Part shown: positions 22,751 to 30,778 of the stretch, piece after piece | Numbering within the stretch: the first letter of the stretch is position 1 | Layout of the letters: each line of letters begins with the position of its first letter | DNA from: a virus | Lineage: Duplodnaviria > Heunggongvirae > Uroviricota > Caudoviricetes | IMG/VR virus record: IMGVR_UViG_2917403263_000001 | Length of the DNA stretch: 50,015 bases | Strand: one strand, 5' to 3' | The notes under the pieces: generated by a model | Databases searched by the model: none | Seen by the model: only the letters and a program-made list of their open reading frames with translations | What the model was told of the DNA's origin: nothing | Program-made: the position numbers and the translations under genes

Positions 22751-23825
22751 CTTCATCACTCCTTGCTCTTGCATCAACCACATTAATATTGATCGCCACA
22801 GGCTGGGGATGTTCATTATCTTCCACCGTTTCGATCTCTTTACGCAGCTTCTGGTTTTCCATTCTGCGCCGTTCAATTTCCAGTTCCTGTAGCCGCTTAT
22901 CTGCACATAAAGCCCCGCCAGCAGAAAGCAAACGCAACAATTCACGCCGGGCGGCAGCTTTATCCTCCAGCAGGATCTCAACACCGAATTTTCCTAGCTT
23001 TGCCCCTGCATATAATTGCCGTGCATCCCCATCAAGCAGAGTGGTATCAGCCATATAAAGCTGCCCCGTTCCCTCACCGCAGCACTTCGGGCAGTCCGGA
23101 TTGGGTATGGCGTTATCAACAAAGCCAAGCCCTCCATATTCCGGTTCGGGTTTGCCATCTCTGGAAGCCTGCGCCGCTGCCTTATCAAATTCTGCTATAT
23201 CGCGCCACTGGTAGAGATGATTCTCGCCCCAGCAATAACGGCAGTTAACACGGCGAAATTGGGCAAGCTGATTGGGGTCGGCCTGGACAATGGACATCAA
23301 CTGACTCACCAGTAAATCCAGGTCTGCGGTATAGCGTTTCTGGTACTGATTGCGGAAGTAGCTGATAGCACGAAAAACCTTAGGATTTCTTAGGAGCTGG
23401 CTGGCGGTTACGTAGGCCGCATTCCCCTCTGACTCGTATCCTGCCAGCCGATATGCCTCAACGAGTTTTTTCCCCTGGGCAACCAGCATTGCGAATTTCG
23501 CCTGCTGGTCTGAAATACCGAATTCATCGGGACAGAACGAAATTTCTTCCGCATCGCCCTCATTCAGGTACGCATCGGATACTGGCTTTTTTTCCTGAGA
23601 TTTTCCGTTCCGCTTTTGTGCAGTCTGCGCAGATTTTTTCTGCGCACTTTTCTGCGCAGTTTTGCGCATTTCTGTCTGCGCATTTTTCGGAGGTTTTTTG
23701 ATGTAACGACGGGCTGTTGCGTAATTCAGTCCCCTTGCTTCACACCATGCCACCGGAGATATACCGGAGCGGGTGTATTCAGCAATATACTCCTGCTGCA
23801 ACGCCCCCCAGTCCGGTCTGCTCAT
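22731..23825 (-). CDS. Terminase small subunit (N-terminal HTH, basic AQK repeats, Terminase_2-like core, CxxC...CxxC zinc ribbon)
   Basis: 364 aa directly upstream of and overlapping TerL; motifs AKFAMLVAQGKKLVEAYRLAGY and CRYCWG...CPKCCG. Confidence 0.75.
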   Translation of the reverse strand: MSRPDWGALQQEYIAEYTRSGISPVAWCEARGLNYATARRYIKKPPKNAQTEMRKTAQKSAQKKSAQTAQKRNGKSQEKKPVSDAYLNEGDAEEISFCPDEFGISDQQAKFAMLVAQGKKLVEAYRLAGYESEGNAAYVTASQLLRNPKVFRAISYFRNQYQKRYTADLDLLVSQLMSIVQADPNQLAQFRRVNCRYCWGENHLYQWRDIAEFDKAAAQASRDGKPEPEYGGLGFVDNAIPNPDCPKCCGEGTGQLYMADTTLLDGDARQLYAGAKLGKFGVEILLEDKAAARRELLRLLSAGGALCADKRLQELEIERRRMENQKLRKEIETVEDNEHPQPVAININVVDARARSDEDDLSDA

Positions 23826-23828
23826 CAG

Positions 23829-24080
23829 TTAGTCCTGATTCTTATCCACCCTGAGTAGTTCGCGCAGGGCAAAGGCATCCCCTTTTCTGGCGAGCTTAAA
23901 CAATGCCGCCCGTAGCTCGGCCTCACCTTTCGCTCTGCCCTTACGGATGGACGCGTAAAAATTTGTCATTGCTTCCCGATTTTCTTTCAACCGGTTCAGA
24001 TCAACATCCAGAACGTCAGCGATTTGTTGTGCAGTCATCCGGCACGCTGCCAGAGACTCGACTTTCGAATACGGAATCAT
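23829..24080 (-). CDS. Small HTH-like protein upstream of terS
   Basis: 83-aa ORF abutting terS; contains MTAQQIADVLDV, a helix-turn-helix-like segment. Confidence 0.5.
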   Translation of the reverse strand: MIPYSKVESLAACRMTAQQIADVLDVDLNRLKENREAMTNFYASIRKGRAKGEAELRAALFKLARKGDAFALRELLRVDKNQD

Positions 24081-24948
24081 TTGTCACCCCCATTGATATG
24101 CAGGGTGTCTTCTTCCTGTATTTTTCGTGAAGGATTTTTACTGCAGCGTTGTTCCAGGTGACCTGATGGTGAATGCGTTTATGGCTGGCGCCCATCAGTG
24201 AGATTTTTACGCACGACGGCGCATACATGACGGAGTAAAAACTTTTAACGTAGGTTCCGGAATCCAGATACAGCTCGGTCATTCCGCCGCTGTTTTTCTG
24301 CGTCTGTTTCTGCCCTAACTGGACAGCACCGATCGTCATAAACAATTCACCACGGCGACCAAGATTCGTGTACGTATTCACATCCTCGTTAATGCGCCCC
24401 ATGAATGAGAACGGTCGTTCAACCGAACAGATAAAGCTGTTCATTGCCTTGCGTTTCACCCACGAAGCATGGCCGCCATTGTCACCAAGAAAATCCCCGC
24501 CCTGTGACATAGCGATGGAAAGCGCGGGTATTGATTCGTAATACGCCAGCATTTCAGAAAGGATCGCATCCAGTTTCCTTATCGGGAAATAGGCCTGGTC
24601 ATAGTTGCGATCCACACGAAACTGGAACTCGTGATAATCATCATCGAGCTGAATGAAGTATTTACACCCGACCAGTTTTGCCAGGTCGAAACAGGCATTA
24701 CGGGCGTAAAAAATTGAGCGGCGATCACCGAAATTATCGGCTTCGTCAAAACGACTGGCGATATCGGCTTTGGAAAACACCAGCACCTGTTCACCAAATT
24801 CAGCTATGTACTGATGCCGTGTCTTATCTTCATCATCAACAACGATAAAAATTTTCCCGGTATAGCCAGCACGACGCAACGTCCGGTAAGTCAGAACTTT
24901 GTCCGGTCGCCCGTGAGTCAGAATAAAGGCGCAAAAATCATCACGCAT
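24016..24948 (-). CDS. GT-A-fold glycosyltransferase-like protein (3-prime end uncertain)
   Basis: Motif series FILTHGRPD ... GKIFIVVDDED ... YFIQLDDDY resembles the GT-A beta1 / DD / DxD layout. The ATG at 24948 follows GGAGAAGGA and overlaps the stop of the upstream gene (ATGCGTGA). The 65-nt overlap with the next ORF suggests the C-terminus may be affected by another indel. Confidence 0.55.
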   Translation of the reverse strand: MRDDFCAFILTHGRPDKVLTYRTLRRAGYTGKIFIVVDDEDKTRHQYIAEFGEQVLVFSKADIASRFDEADNFGDRRSIFYARNACFDLAKLVGCKYFIQLDDDYHEFQFRVDRNYDQAYFPIRKLDAILSEMLAYYESIPALSIAMSQGGDFLGDNGGHASWVKRKAMNSFICSVERPFSFMGRINEDVNTYTNLGRRGELFMTIGAVQLGQKQTQKNSGGMTELYLDSGTYVKSFYSVMYAPSCVKISLMGASHKRIHHQVTWNNAAVKILHEKYRKKTPCISMGVTNDSVFESRVSGSVPDDCTTNR

Positions 24949-25729
24949 ATTCCTTCTCCCCGCCATGCATGATCTCCACCATGTGCTGCGTCATCCGGAC
25001 AAATCCATTTTCAATAGCCTGCTGGTAATCAATGATCACCAGCGCCGACTCCTCAAAAAGGCGCTGAATTTCAGCAGGAGCGTGAGCGTAATAGTCCGCA
25101 ATTCTGCTGAAATTAAACACCGTGTGACGTTCTGCCGCACACAGGAGGAATTTTTCGATATCAGGCTCAAGGGACGCCGAACGTATCCGGCTGATCAGCT
25201 CCTGAGTTTTCGTATCGTCGTACAGTTCACTGATATCCGGTTTACCGCCCGACGGCTCATAAACAGGCGTATCAATTTTCGTCGTATAAGGCTCCTCCTC
25301 ATTTCCTGTACCGGGCAAAACATCCGTCAACAGTTCATCAATTTCTGTCGGGCTGAATCCTGTCAGGGAAATATCAAAATCAGCATTGATTAGCTCCGAC
25401 AGCTCCATCCGTAACAGATCTTCATCCCAGCCAGCATTCATCGGCAGGCGATTATCTGCCAGGCGGTACGCCTTTTTCTGATCATCCGTCAGACCAGACA
25501 GAACGATGACCGGAACGGAATCCATTTTGAGCACTTCAGCCGCCATAACGCGACCGTGACCAGCAATAATTTCGCCCTTTTCATCAATCAGCACCGGATT
25601 AGTCCAGCCGAATTGCTTAATGCTTTCTACCAGTTGTGCCACCTGCTCAGGGCTGTGTGTCCTGGCATTGTGTGCATACGGAGACAGTTCTTGTAACGGG
25701 CGATAGACGATCTTCAATTTCTCGCTCAT
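24941..25729 (-). CDS. ParB-like (ParB/Srx fold) N-terminal domain protein with an unknown C-terminal domain; no methyltransferase domain
   Basis: 262 aa. Residues 1-95 (LKIVYRPLQELSPYAHNARTHSPEQVAQLVESIKQFGWTNPVLIDEKGEIIAGHGR) fit the ParB nuclease-like domain. No DPPY/FxGxG methyltransferase motifs were seen. Confidence 0.7.
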   Translation of the reverse strand: MSEKLKIVYRPLQELSPYAHNARTHSPEQVAQLVESIKQFGWTNPVLIDEKGEIIAGHGRVMAAEVLKMDSVPVIVLSGLTDDQKKAYRLADNRLPMNAGWDEDLLRMELSELINADFDISLTGFSPTEIDELLTDVLPGTGNEEEPYTTKIDTPVYEPSGGKPDISELYDDTKTQELISRIRSASLEPDIEKFLLCAAERHTVFNFSRIADYYAHAPAEIQRLFEESALVIIDYQQAIENGFVRMTQHMVEIMHGGEKEYA

Positions 25730-26133
25730 ACAGCCTCGCTTTATGAATAAAAAAGCCCGCTATCGGCCAGTGCGCTGGGTGCGCGGCGGGTGCCGATGAC
25801 GAGCTTTGGCATTATCGCCCCCCCTCACCATGAAGGGCTGCTGTAATGCCTGTTACTCACGAATCAAACGAGTATGCTGACCGCTCATTTCAATGCGTAA
25901 GTATTGTGGCTTGCCGTCAATCAATGCGGTGATTAACTTGTCACCAGTAGGTTTCCACATAATTTTCTCCTGTTTTAATGCCCCTTGCCGCCCGGGCAGT
26001 TGATCAAAGTTCATCTTGATTCGGCAAGATTTAGAATGAATAAGATAAAATTGGCACACGCAGCAGAATTTCATGCTTTCCGTACGCTGGCGCACCCATC
26101 ATTTTCAGCAAAATATTCTGCTCTTAAAGGCGA

Positions 26134-26316
26134 TCAGTTCTGCATACACTGCCGAACACCGTCGACAATTTCACAGACCTGAGAAGCTGTATCGAAAAGC
26201 TGGCGCGCCTTATCCAGGCTGACGCATCCCACCAATAAAAAAGGCACCAGTATCGCTACCAGTACCCATTTCGCCGCCGTTCGTGGCATTCTGTGTGTCC
26301 AGTGCTTCCGCTTCAT
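26134..26316 (-). CDS. Small lipoprotein (possible o-spanin-like or exclusion lipoprotein)
   Basis: 60 aa from MKRKHW...; lipobox LLVGC; RBS GGTGGA upstream. Confidence 0.5.
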   Translation of the reverse strand: MKRKHWTHRMPRTAAKWVLVAILVPFLLVGCVSLDKARQLFDTASQVCEIVDGVRQCMQN

Positions 26317-26320
26317 CTCG

Positions 26321-26455
26321 CTATCCACCAATCAACCCGGATAAGCTCAATACTCGCCAGGCGGTGGAAATGAAAATAGCAACCAACATTGCTGAAAATG
26401 AAAGACCAACAACCACACAGAGAATCCGCGCCAGTTTTATAATGCTGTCTGACAT
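26321..26455 (-). CDS. 44-aa single-pass membrane peptide (not in the ORF track)
   Basis: ATG at 26455 after AAGGGG; encodes MSDSIIKLARILCVVVGLSFSAMLVAIFISTAWRVLSLSGLIGG; its stop lies 5 nt before the lipoprotein ATG. Confidence 0.4.
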   Translation of the reverse strand: MSDSIIKLARILCVVVGLSFSAMLVAIFISTAWRVLSLSGLIGG

Positions 26456-26477
26456 ATTTACCCCTTAATTCCCCCAC

Positions 26478-26660
26478 TCACGATTTCAGCGCAACGATCA
26501 ATTTTGCCAGCCCATACAGCATCGGAGACACAGCGATACCGACAGCCACCCACTTAATGGCAAAAGCCACCGCTCTGCTGATGTCATCAGTTACAGGCGC
26601 TTTCAATTCAAGGCCGTTTTTCATAGTCAACCTCAACAGAACTAGTTTATACTTCCTCAT
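26478..26660 (-). CDS. Small membrane protein with a C-terminal TM segment
   Basis: Start chosen at MRKYKLV... after AAGGA; hydrophobic C-terminus VAFAIKWVAVGIAVSPMLYGLAKLIVAL. Confidence 0.4.
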   Translation of the reverse strand: MRKYKLVLLRLTMKNGLELKAPVTDDISRAVAFAIKWVAVGIAVSPMLYGLAKLIVALKS

Positions 26661-26800
26661 GTTTTCCTTTGCCTTACCCAAGGCCAGAAACAGAAAACCC
26701 CGGACTGTTACCGCAGCCGGGGTTTTTGCTTTTCGGTAAATCTAATACCTCTCCGACCACAAAGAGGATTTACCGTTTTCACTGCAAACAGGAATAAACG

Positions 26801-27346
26801 TTACAAACCAACACGTTCTTTCATCCAGCCGTAGACAAACGACTCGTTGGCCTCCCGTTTCTCTGCCAGCTCCAGATAGCGGTCACCCTGCGTACAGTTC
26901 AGTGCGGTCAGCATTACCCGTTCGCCTTCCCTGCCACGATTTTTCAGATATGCCCGTAACGCATTAATAGTTCGTGGGCCGATACGTCCGTCTGCATCCA
27001 TATCCGGATACAGTTTCCCGCGCAGGTTGAAAACGTTCAGCCAGCGTTGAAGCATTCTGGACGCCACAGTTGGTCCCATGTTCACGCCCGTGTCGCACAG
27101 CTCTGCAGCAATATCCGGCGACAGGTTCGCAATCTGGTCAAAACGTGGGCCGTACCAGTAATCCGCCTCGAGTATTTCCAGCGCCTGCCCGCGCGTCAGG
27201 TCACGCATATCGCCCTGATATCCGTGCACCCTGGCGACTTTTTCCGTAATGCCCCATTTGGTCGGACCACCTTTATCATCCGGATGGTTGACGTAACCGC
27301 CCTCTTTTCCCAGAACCTCGTCAAAAATTTCATCTTTCGACTTCAT
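26801..27346 (-). CDS. Endolysin, GH108 N-acetylmuramidase with a PG_binding_3-like C-terminus
   Basis: 181 aa from MKSKDEIFDEVLGKEGGYVNHPDDKGGPTKWGIT..., the EGGY..DKGG signature of GH108 lysins; lies directly after the holin-like genes. Confidence 0.85.
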   Translation of the reverse strand: MKSKDEIFDEVLGKEGGYVNHPDDKGGPTKWGITEKVARVHGYQGDMRDLTRGQALEILEADYWYGPRFDQIANLSPDIAAELCDTGVNMGPTVASRMLQRWLNVFNLRGKLYPDMDADGRIGPRTINALRAYLKNRGREGERVMLTALNCTQGDRYLELAEKREANESFVYGWMKERVGL

Positions 27347-27347
27347 T

Positions 27348-27626
27348 TCAGTACCTTCGTAATGCAAGGATTTTTGAAACATTCCCACGTGCACGTATCA
27401 CCAGCACGCAGAACAGCAGATTAAAAAACACCACCAGCCAGTTCGCCGCTAACAGACGACCACACAGATAGCTGAGTGGCGCAAGGGCATAAAGCAGCAT
27501 CAGCAGCCAAGCCAGCCATGACATCAGCGGTTTATGTCTGGAGTCATGACGACGATAAAAAAAAAGCGTCAGCACGATAACCGTGCATAACGCTACATTC
27601 AGCAATCCAGAAAAGTTATTAGGCAT
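27348..27626 (-). CDS. Holin-like membrane protein
   Basis: 92 aa with two to three TM segments; ATG overlaps the upstream stop (ATGCCTAA); lies immediately upstream of the endolysin. Confidence 0.7.
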   Translation of the reverse strand: MPNNFSGLLNVALCTVIVLTLFFYRRHDSRHKPLMSWLAWLLMLLYALAPLSYLCGRLLAANWLVVFFNLLFCVLVIRARGNVSKILALRRY

Positions 27627-28008
27627 TGCCGCCTCCTCCACCCCGCAGGCGGGAGAACAGGCCGGACACCAGTGATGCGATATCCTGCTGGTGGATGAAC
27701 GACAGAATCTTCACCGACACCACTGACACCAGCACTGCACACAATGCGTCGACAGGCGCTCCGTCAAACCCTGTATGCTTTACCAGCCAGGATGCCAGAA
27801 CCTCTGCACCCAGCACGCCGATAATGAACGACACCAGAAAATGCGCCGCCACACGCCACGCTGAAAGCGCCTGCGGTATCGTTGCCACAAATAACGCCCC
27901 GGCGAACGCACCAAACACAATCCCGAAATCCGTTCCGGTAAACAGCCCGAATACCGTCGCCCCGCCGAGCGCCGCAGCCGTGCCGGAACCGGATAAGGGT
28001 TCAGACAT
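27619..28008 (-). CDS. Holin-family / lysis-associated membrane protein
   Basis: 129 aa from MSEPLSGSG... after AGGAG; Gly/Ala-rich TM segments; first gene of the lysis cluster. Confidence 0.65.
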   Translation of the reverse strand: MSEPLSGSGTAAALGGATVFGLFTGTDFGIVFGAFAGALFVATIPQALSAWRVAAHFLVSFIIGVLGAEVLASWLVKHTGFDGAPVDALCAVLVSVVSVKILSFIHQQDIASLVSGLFSRLRGGGGGNA

Positions 28009-28026
28009 ACTTTTTTCTCCTGTAAA

Positions 28027-28049
28027 TAAAAAAGGCCACCAGCGGCCCG
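28027..28049 (-). terminator. Intrinsic terminator immediately upstream of the lysis genes
   Basis: Minus strand reads GGGCCGCTGGTGGCC followed by TTTTTTATTT. Confidence 0.65.
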
Positions 28050-28206
28050 TAAAAAACAACATCCCATCGTAGGAATCCGCAAATGCCTTTTGTGTGACAT
28101 AGTCTGATATGAAAAGCGAAGAATTAATGTACGGAAATAAGGATTACCAGAAATTCAGATTAATTTTCCTGTTTAAACGAGAAAAATTAATTTATATACT
28201 TTTTGC

Positions 28207-28293
28207 ACTTCCCGAGCGGGAGGTGGAAAGGAAATTCGTTATGTTTCACGGACTTTGTCCAGCGACCTTAATCCGACGGTCGCGTTTTTTTTT
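28207..28293 (+). ncRNA. Candidate small RNA A (antisense to the late transcript)
   Basis: Promoter TTTAAA-N17-TATACT (28172-28200), then about 87 nt ending in GGACtttGTCC, the hairpin GCGACC-TTAATCCGAC-GGTCGC and T9. Confidence 0.45.
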
Positions 28294-28372
28294 GCGTCAT
28301 ATTCATCGTTGACTTACATGGCATTGCCACACGGACATTATCAGTGTCCGTGTATTTTTTTGAATTCAACAC

Positions 28373-28398
28373 AAAAAAAACCGCCTGGTGCGGCGGTT
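28373..28398 (-). terminator. Intrinsic terminator (copy A of the tR'-like hairpin)
   Basis: Minus strand reads CCGCC-gcacca-GGCGG followed by T8. Confidence 0.7.
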
Positions 28399-28772
28399 GA
28401 ACAATGCTGAAGATGAATCATTTTTATTGTAGTGAAATTGAGATGTTGTGGACTTCCCTGAATATCTGACTTTATGCCAGACATTGTGGTTACAGAAACA
28501 CAATGTAAACCACCCTCATACCGGGGAACATCTCTTTGGTGTTATTTACAACACCGGAATGATGCATTTCCGACTCTCCAAAGAAACACAATATTTCTAC
28601 CGAAAATACACCATTCCGCTATTGTAAAATAACAGCGCAAACCACTGACTAGCCAATTACAAATCGGTGTTCCTGTTTCCTGAGCAATGTTTACTCTTCA
28701 TATGAGTTCTTGTCGGGGAATAAAACCACTCACCCGGAAGACAGACGTATAATAACAAGGAATAAAATCACT

Positions 28773-28928
28773 TCAACTGTAATAATCTGAAAAATGATTC
28801 TTGCCACATGAAAACACCCACCAACCGTCCATTACCACAAATAAAAAAGCCTTCACCGCGTCGCGGTTTTCCATTTTCTTTACTTCTACAATAGCCTTAC
28901 GGGTTTTCTTTTTGAAAATCACAAACAT
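28773..28928 (-). CDS. Hypothetical 51-aa protein between the two modules
   Basis: ATG after AAAGGAAAAG; no recognisable motif. Confidence 0.3.
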   Translation of the reverse strand: MFVIFKKKTRKAIVEVKKMENRDAVKAFLFVVMDGWWVFSCGKNHFSDYYS

Positions 28929-29137
28929 CGTGACTTTTCCTTTTAGTGGGTGAACCTCTGCCCGGGGTGCCCAACCCACAGAGAAAGTCACACTGACCAT
29001 CCCGTAAGCTCACCCCTGAAAGGTTCTGTGGTCTTTGATCCGCGCCGGGCGTAGCGCAAAGAATGAAATAAGCCTTATCTGAAATTAAGGTTAATCTAAG
29101 GATTTAAACCATTCTAAATGCTTAGTAGTATAAACAT

Positions 29138-29214
29138 GCCTCTTGAAAGAGGCAGATACTAATCCTTCTTCATGGACCTTGTCCCGCGGCTTTAATCCGA
29201 CAGCCGCGTTTTTT
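29138..29214 (+). ncRNA. Candidate small RNA B (antisense to the late transcript)
   Basis: Promoter TTTAAA-N17-TAGTAT (29103-29131), then the hairpin GCCTCTTgaaaGAGGC, an AU-rich linker, GGACcttGTCC, the hairpin GCGGCT-TTAATCCGAC-AGCCGC and T6. Confidence 0.45.
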
Positions 29215-29364
29215 GCCTGTATATTACCATATGATGCAAATATAAAAGGCTCACCGAAGCGAACCTGATTCAAGCGTACTTGCTGCTACAACAGGGTTAT
29301 AATACCCCAACCACATAACGCCATGTGTTCTTTTCTAATGAGTTGGTGATAATTTTATACAAGC

Positions 29365-29390
29365 AAAAAAAACCGCCTGTTAAGGCGGTG
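29365..29390 (-). terminator. Intrinsic terminator (tR'-like, copy B)
   Basis: Minus strand reads CCGCC-ttaaca-GGCGG followed by T8. Confidence 0.75.
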
Positions 29391-29593
29391 GTCAAATCAT
29401 GAAGAGTATTATTATAATATAGGTGAGGTGTCGGGTGCCTCCCGAAATATCTGACATTCCATCAGATACTGTAGTTTCCCCGCTAAACAACCACTAAAAC
29501 CACCCCCGCACATGGGGTTCACCTCATTTTGTGATGTTAACAACATCGGGATAGTGCATAATCAGCCCCAGCTAGGAAATATCAAAAATCCCA

Positions 29594-29622
29594 CTAATAA
29601 TGCACTATTCCGATAGTGTCAA
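29594..29622 (-). promoter_or_regulatory. Sigma70-like promoter TTGACA-N17-TATTAG (candidate late promoter pR')
   Basis: Read on the minus strand. It lies about 220 nt upstream of the 29365-29390 terminator, the same geometry as lambda pR'-6S-tR'. The spacer (ctatcggaatagtgcat) is conserved in copy A. Confidence 0.45.
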
Positions 29623-29749
29623 AAAAACACAGCACTGAAACTATAACTGGTCTCCGTTATAATTCGGGGGAGCGATAAAGGAGTATACGAGACCTTTCCC
29701 CGCGAGAAAAAACGCCAGTGCTGAAAAACCTGTGCCTCATTTGTTTTGC

Positions 29750-29824
<75 letters not shown>

Positions 29825-29827
29825 ATA

Positions 29828-29903
<76 letters not shown>

Positions 29904-30011
29904 ATTATTTCCTCAGACGGGAATATATCGCAACCATTCCCCCTGAAGAACTGCGGCAAATAATACGTTTAAATAATAAAACTGCAATACACCATAACGT
30001 CAAGTTTTGTA

Positions 30012-30040
30012 AAGTTATTTTTAGGTTTCTATTTTGTCAA
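30012..30040 (-). promoter_or_regulatory. Sigma70-like promoter TTGACA-N17-TAACTT upstream of the tRNA pair (alternative pR' candidate)
   Basis: Read on the minus strand in the AT-rich spacer between the Q terminator and tRNA-Thr. Confidence 0.45.
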
Positions 30041-30136
30041 CTTTTTATATAAATTTAAAAAACAGTCATAAATGTACGCAAAATATATTTTATACAACAA
30101 TTTAATCGCGCGTTTTTTTAATCAGGCTTCAGAAAT

Positions 30137-30163
30137 AAAAAAACCCGCCAGTGGCGGGTTTTT
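30137..30163. terminator. Bidirectional intrinsic terminator downstream of Q
   Basis: A7-CCCGCC-agtg-GGCGGG-T5; U-tracts are available on both strands. Confidence 0.7.
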
Positions 30164-30232
30164 AAGTTCACGTTTCTGGTTAACCTCGCGATACAGCTTG
30201 CGAAGCGTAACTGAATTGAAGCAGTTTATTGC

Positions 30233-30778
30233 TCACTTTGCAATAGTTTTTTTTTGTGCCGTGAACATTGGTTTATAAAGCATAAATTCAGCAATCATCA
30301 GCCATTGATCGATACGACGTCGACAGGTAATTAATGTCCAGTCAGGATGATTTTCATTTAACTGCTCTGCCATTTTCAGTTTGCTCATTCCCCGCCCTTC
30401 ATATCGTTGTCGGAGGATGCTAATTAATCCCGGATACTCGACCAGCACTTCGCTAATTACCCGATCAATACATAACGCCTCGGCATCAGTACAATGAGAC
30501 AACCAGCTTTTCTGCTTACCGTCGAGCATTTCCCGCAAAAATGCCTCCAGTTCCGTCTTATCAATTCCCGCTTTTTTCATCCTGCGCAGAGCTTCATTGA
30601 TGGCTGTTTTCGTCAATTTTTTGGATGCCAGCAACTGGTTAAACATATTCCCCGTCTTACCGCCGCCAATATACGACCAGCGCCCCCACATGCGCAGTTT
30701 TCCCTGAATCCAGACACTTTCCAGCGTGGTGAGACGAAGGTGTTCCCCGCTTTTTCCTGTATTTGTTGGGTAAATCAT
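30233..30778 (-). CDS. Late-gene antiterminator Q
   Basis: 181 aa from MIYPTNTGKSGEHLRLTTLESVWIQGKLRMWGRWSY...; ATGA overlap with the upstream gene; last gene before the late region. Confidence 0.8.
   Translation of the reverse strand: MIYPTNTGKSGEHLRLTTLESVWIQGKLRMWGRWSYIGGGKTGNMFNQLLASKKLTKTAINEALRRMKKAGIDKTELEAFLREMLDGKQKSWLSHCTDAEALCIDRVISEVLVEYPGLISILRQRYEGRGMSKLKMAEQLNENHPDWTLITCRRRIDQWLMIAEFMLYKPMFTAQKKTIAK

Larger units (their letters stand above)
28172..28646. repeat. Non-coding module copy A (diverged paralogue of 29103..29640)
   Basis: Shares ordered blocks with copy B: TTTAAAC, GGACnTTGTCC, the terminator hairpin with loop TTAATCCGAC, A8-CCGCC...GGCGG, AATATCTGAC, AAACCACCC, a covarying hairpin, ATGCAT, and CCATTCCGCTATTGT. 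Confidence 0.7.
29103..29640. repeat. Non-coding module copy B (diverged paralogue of 28172..28646)
   Basis: Same ordered sequence blocks as copy A; see the findings. Confidence 0.7.

Noticed and set aside
25735-25852. GC-rich segment gggtgcgcggcgggtgccgatgac, considered as a cos site
   Set aside because: I could recognise no similarity to lambda cosN/cosB, and the terminase looks like a headful type. The segment more likely forms a terminator-like hairpin upstream of the ParB-like gene.
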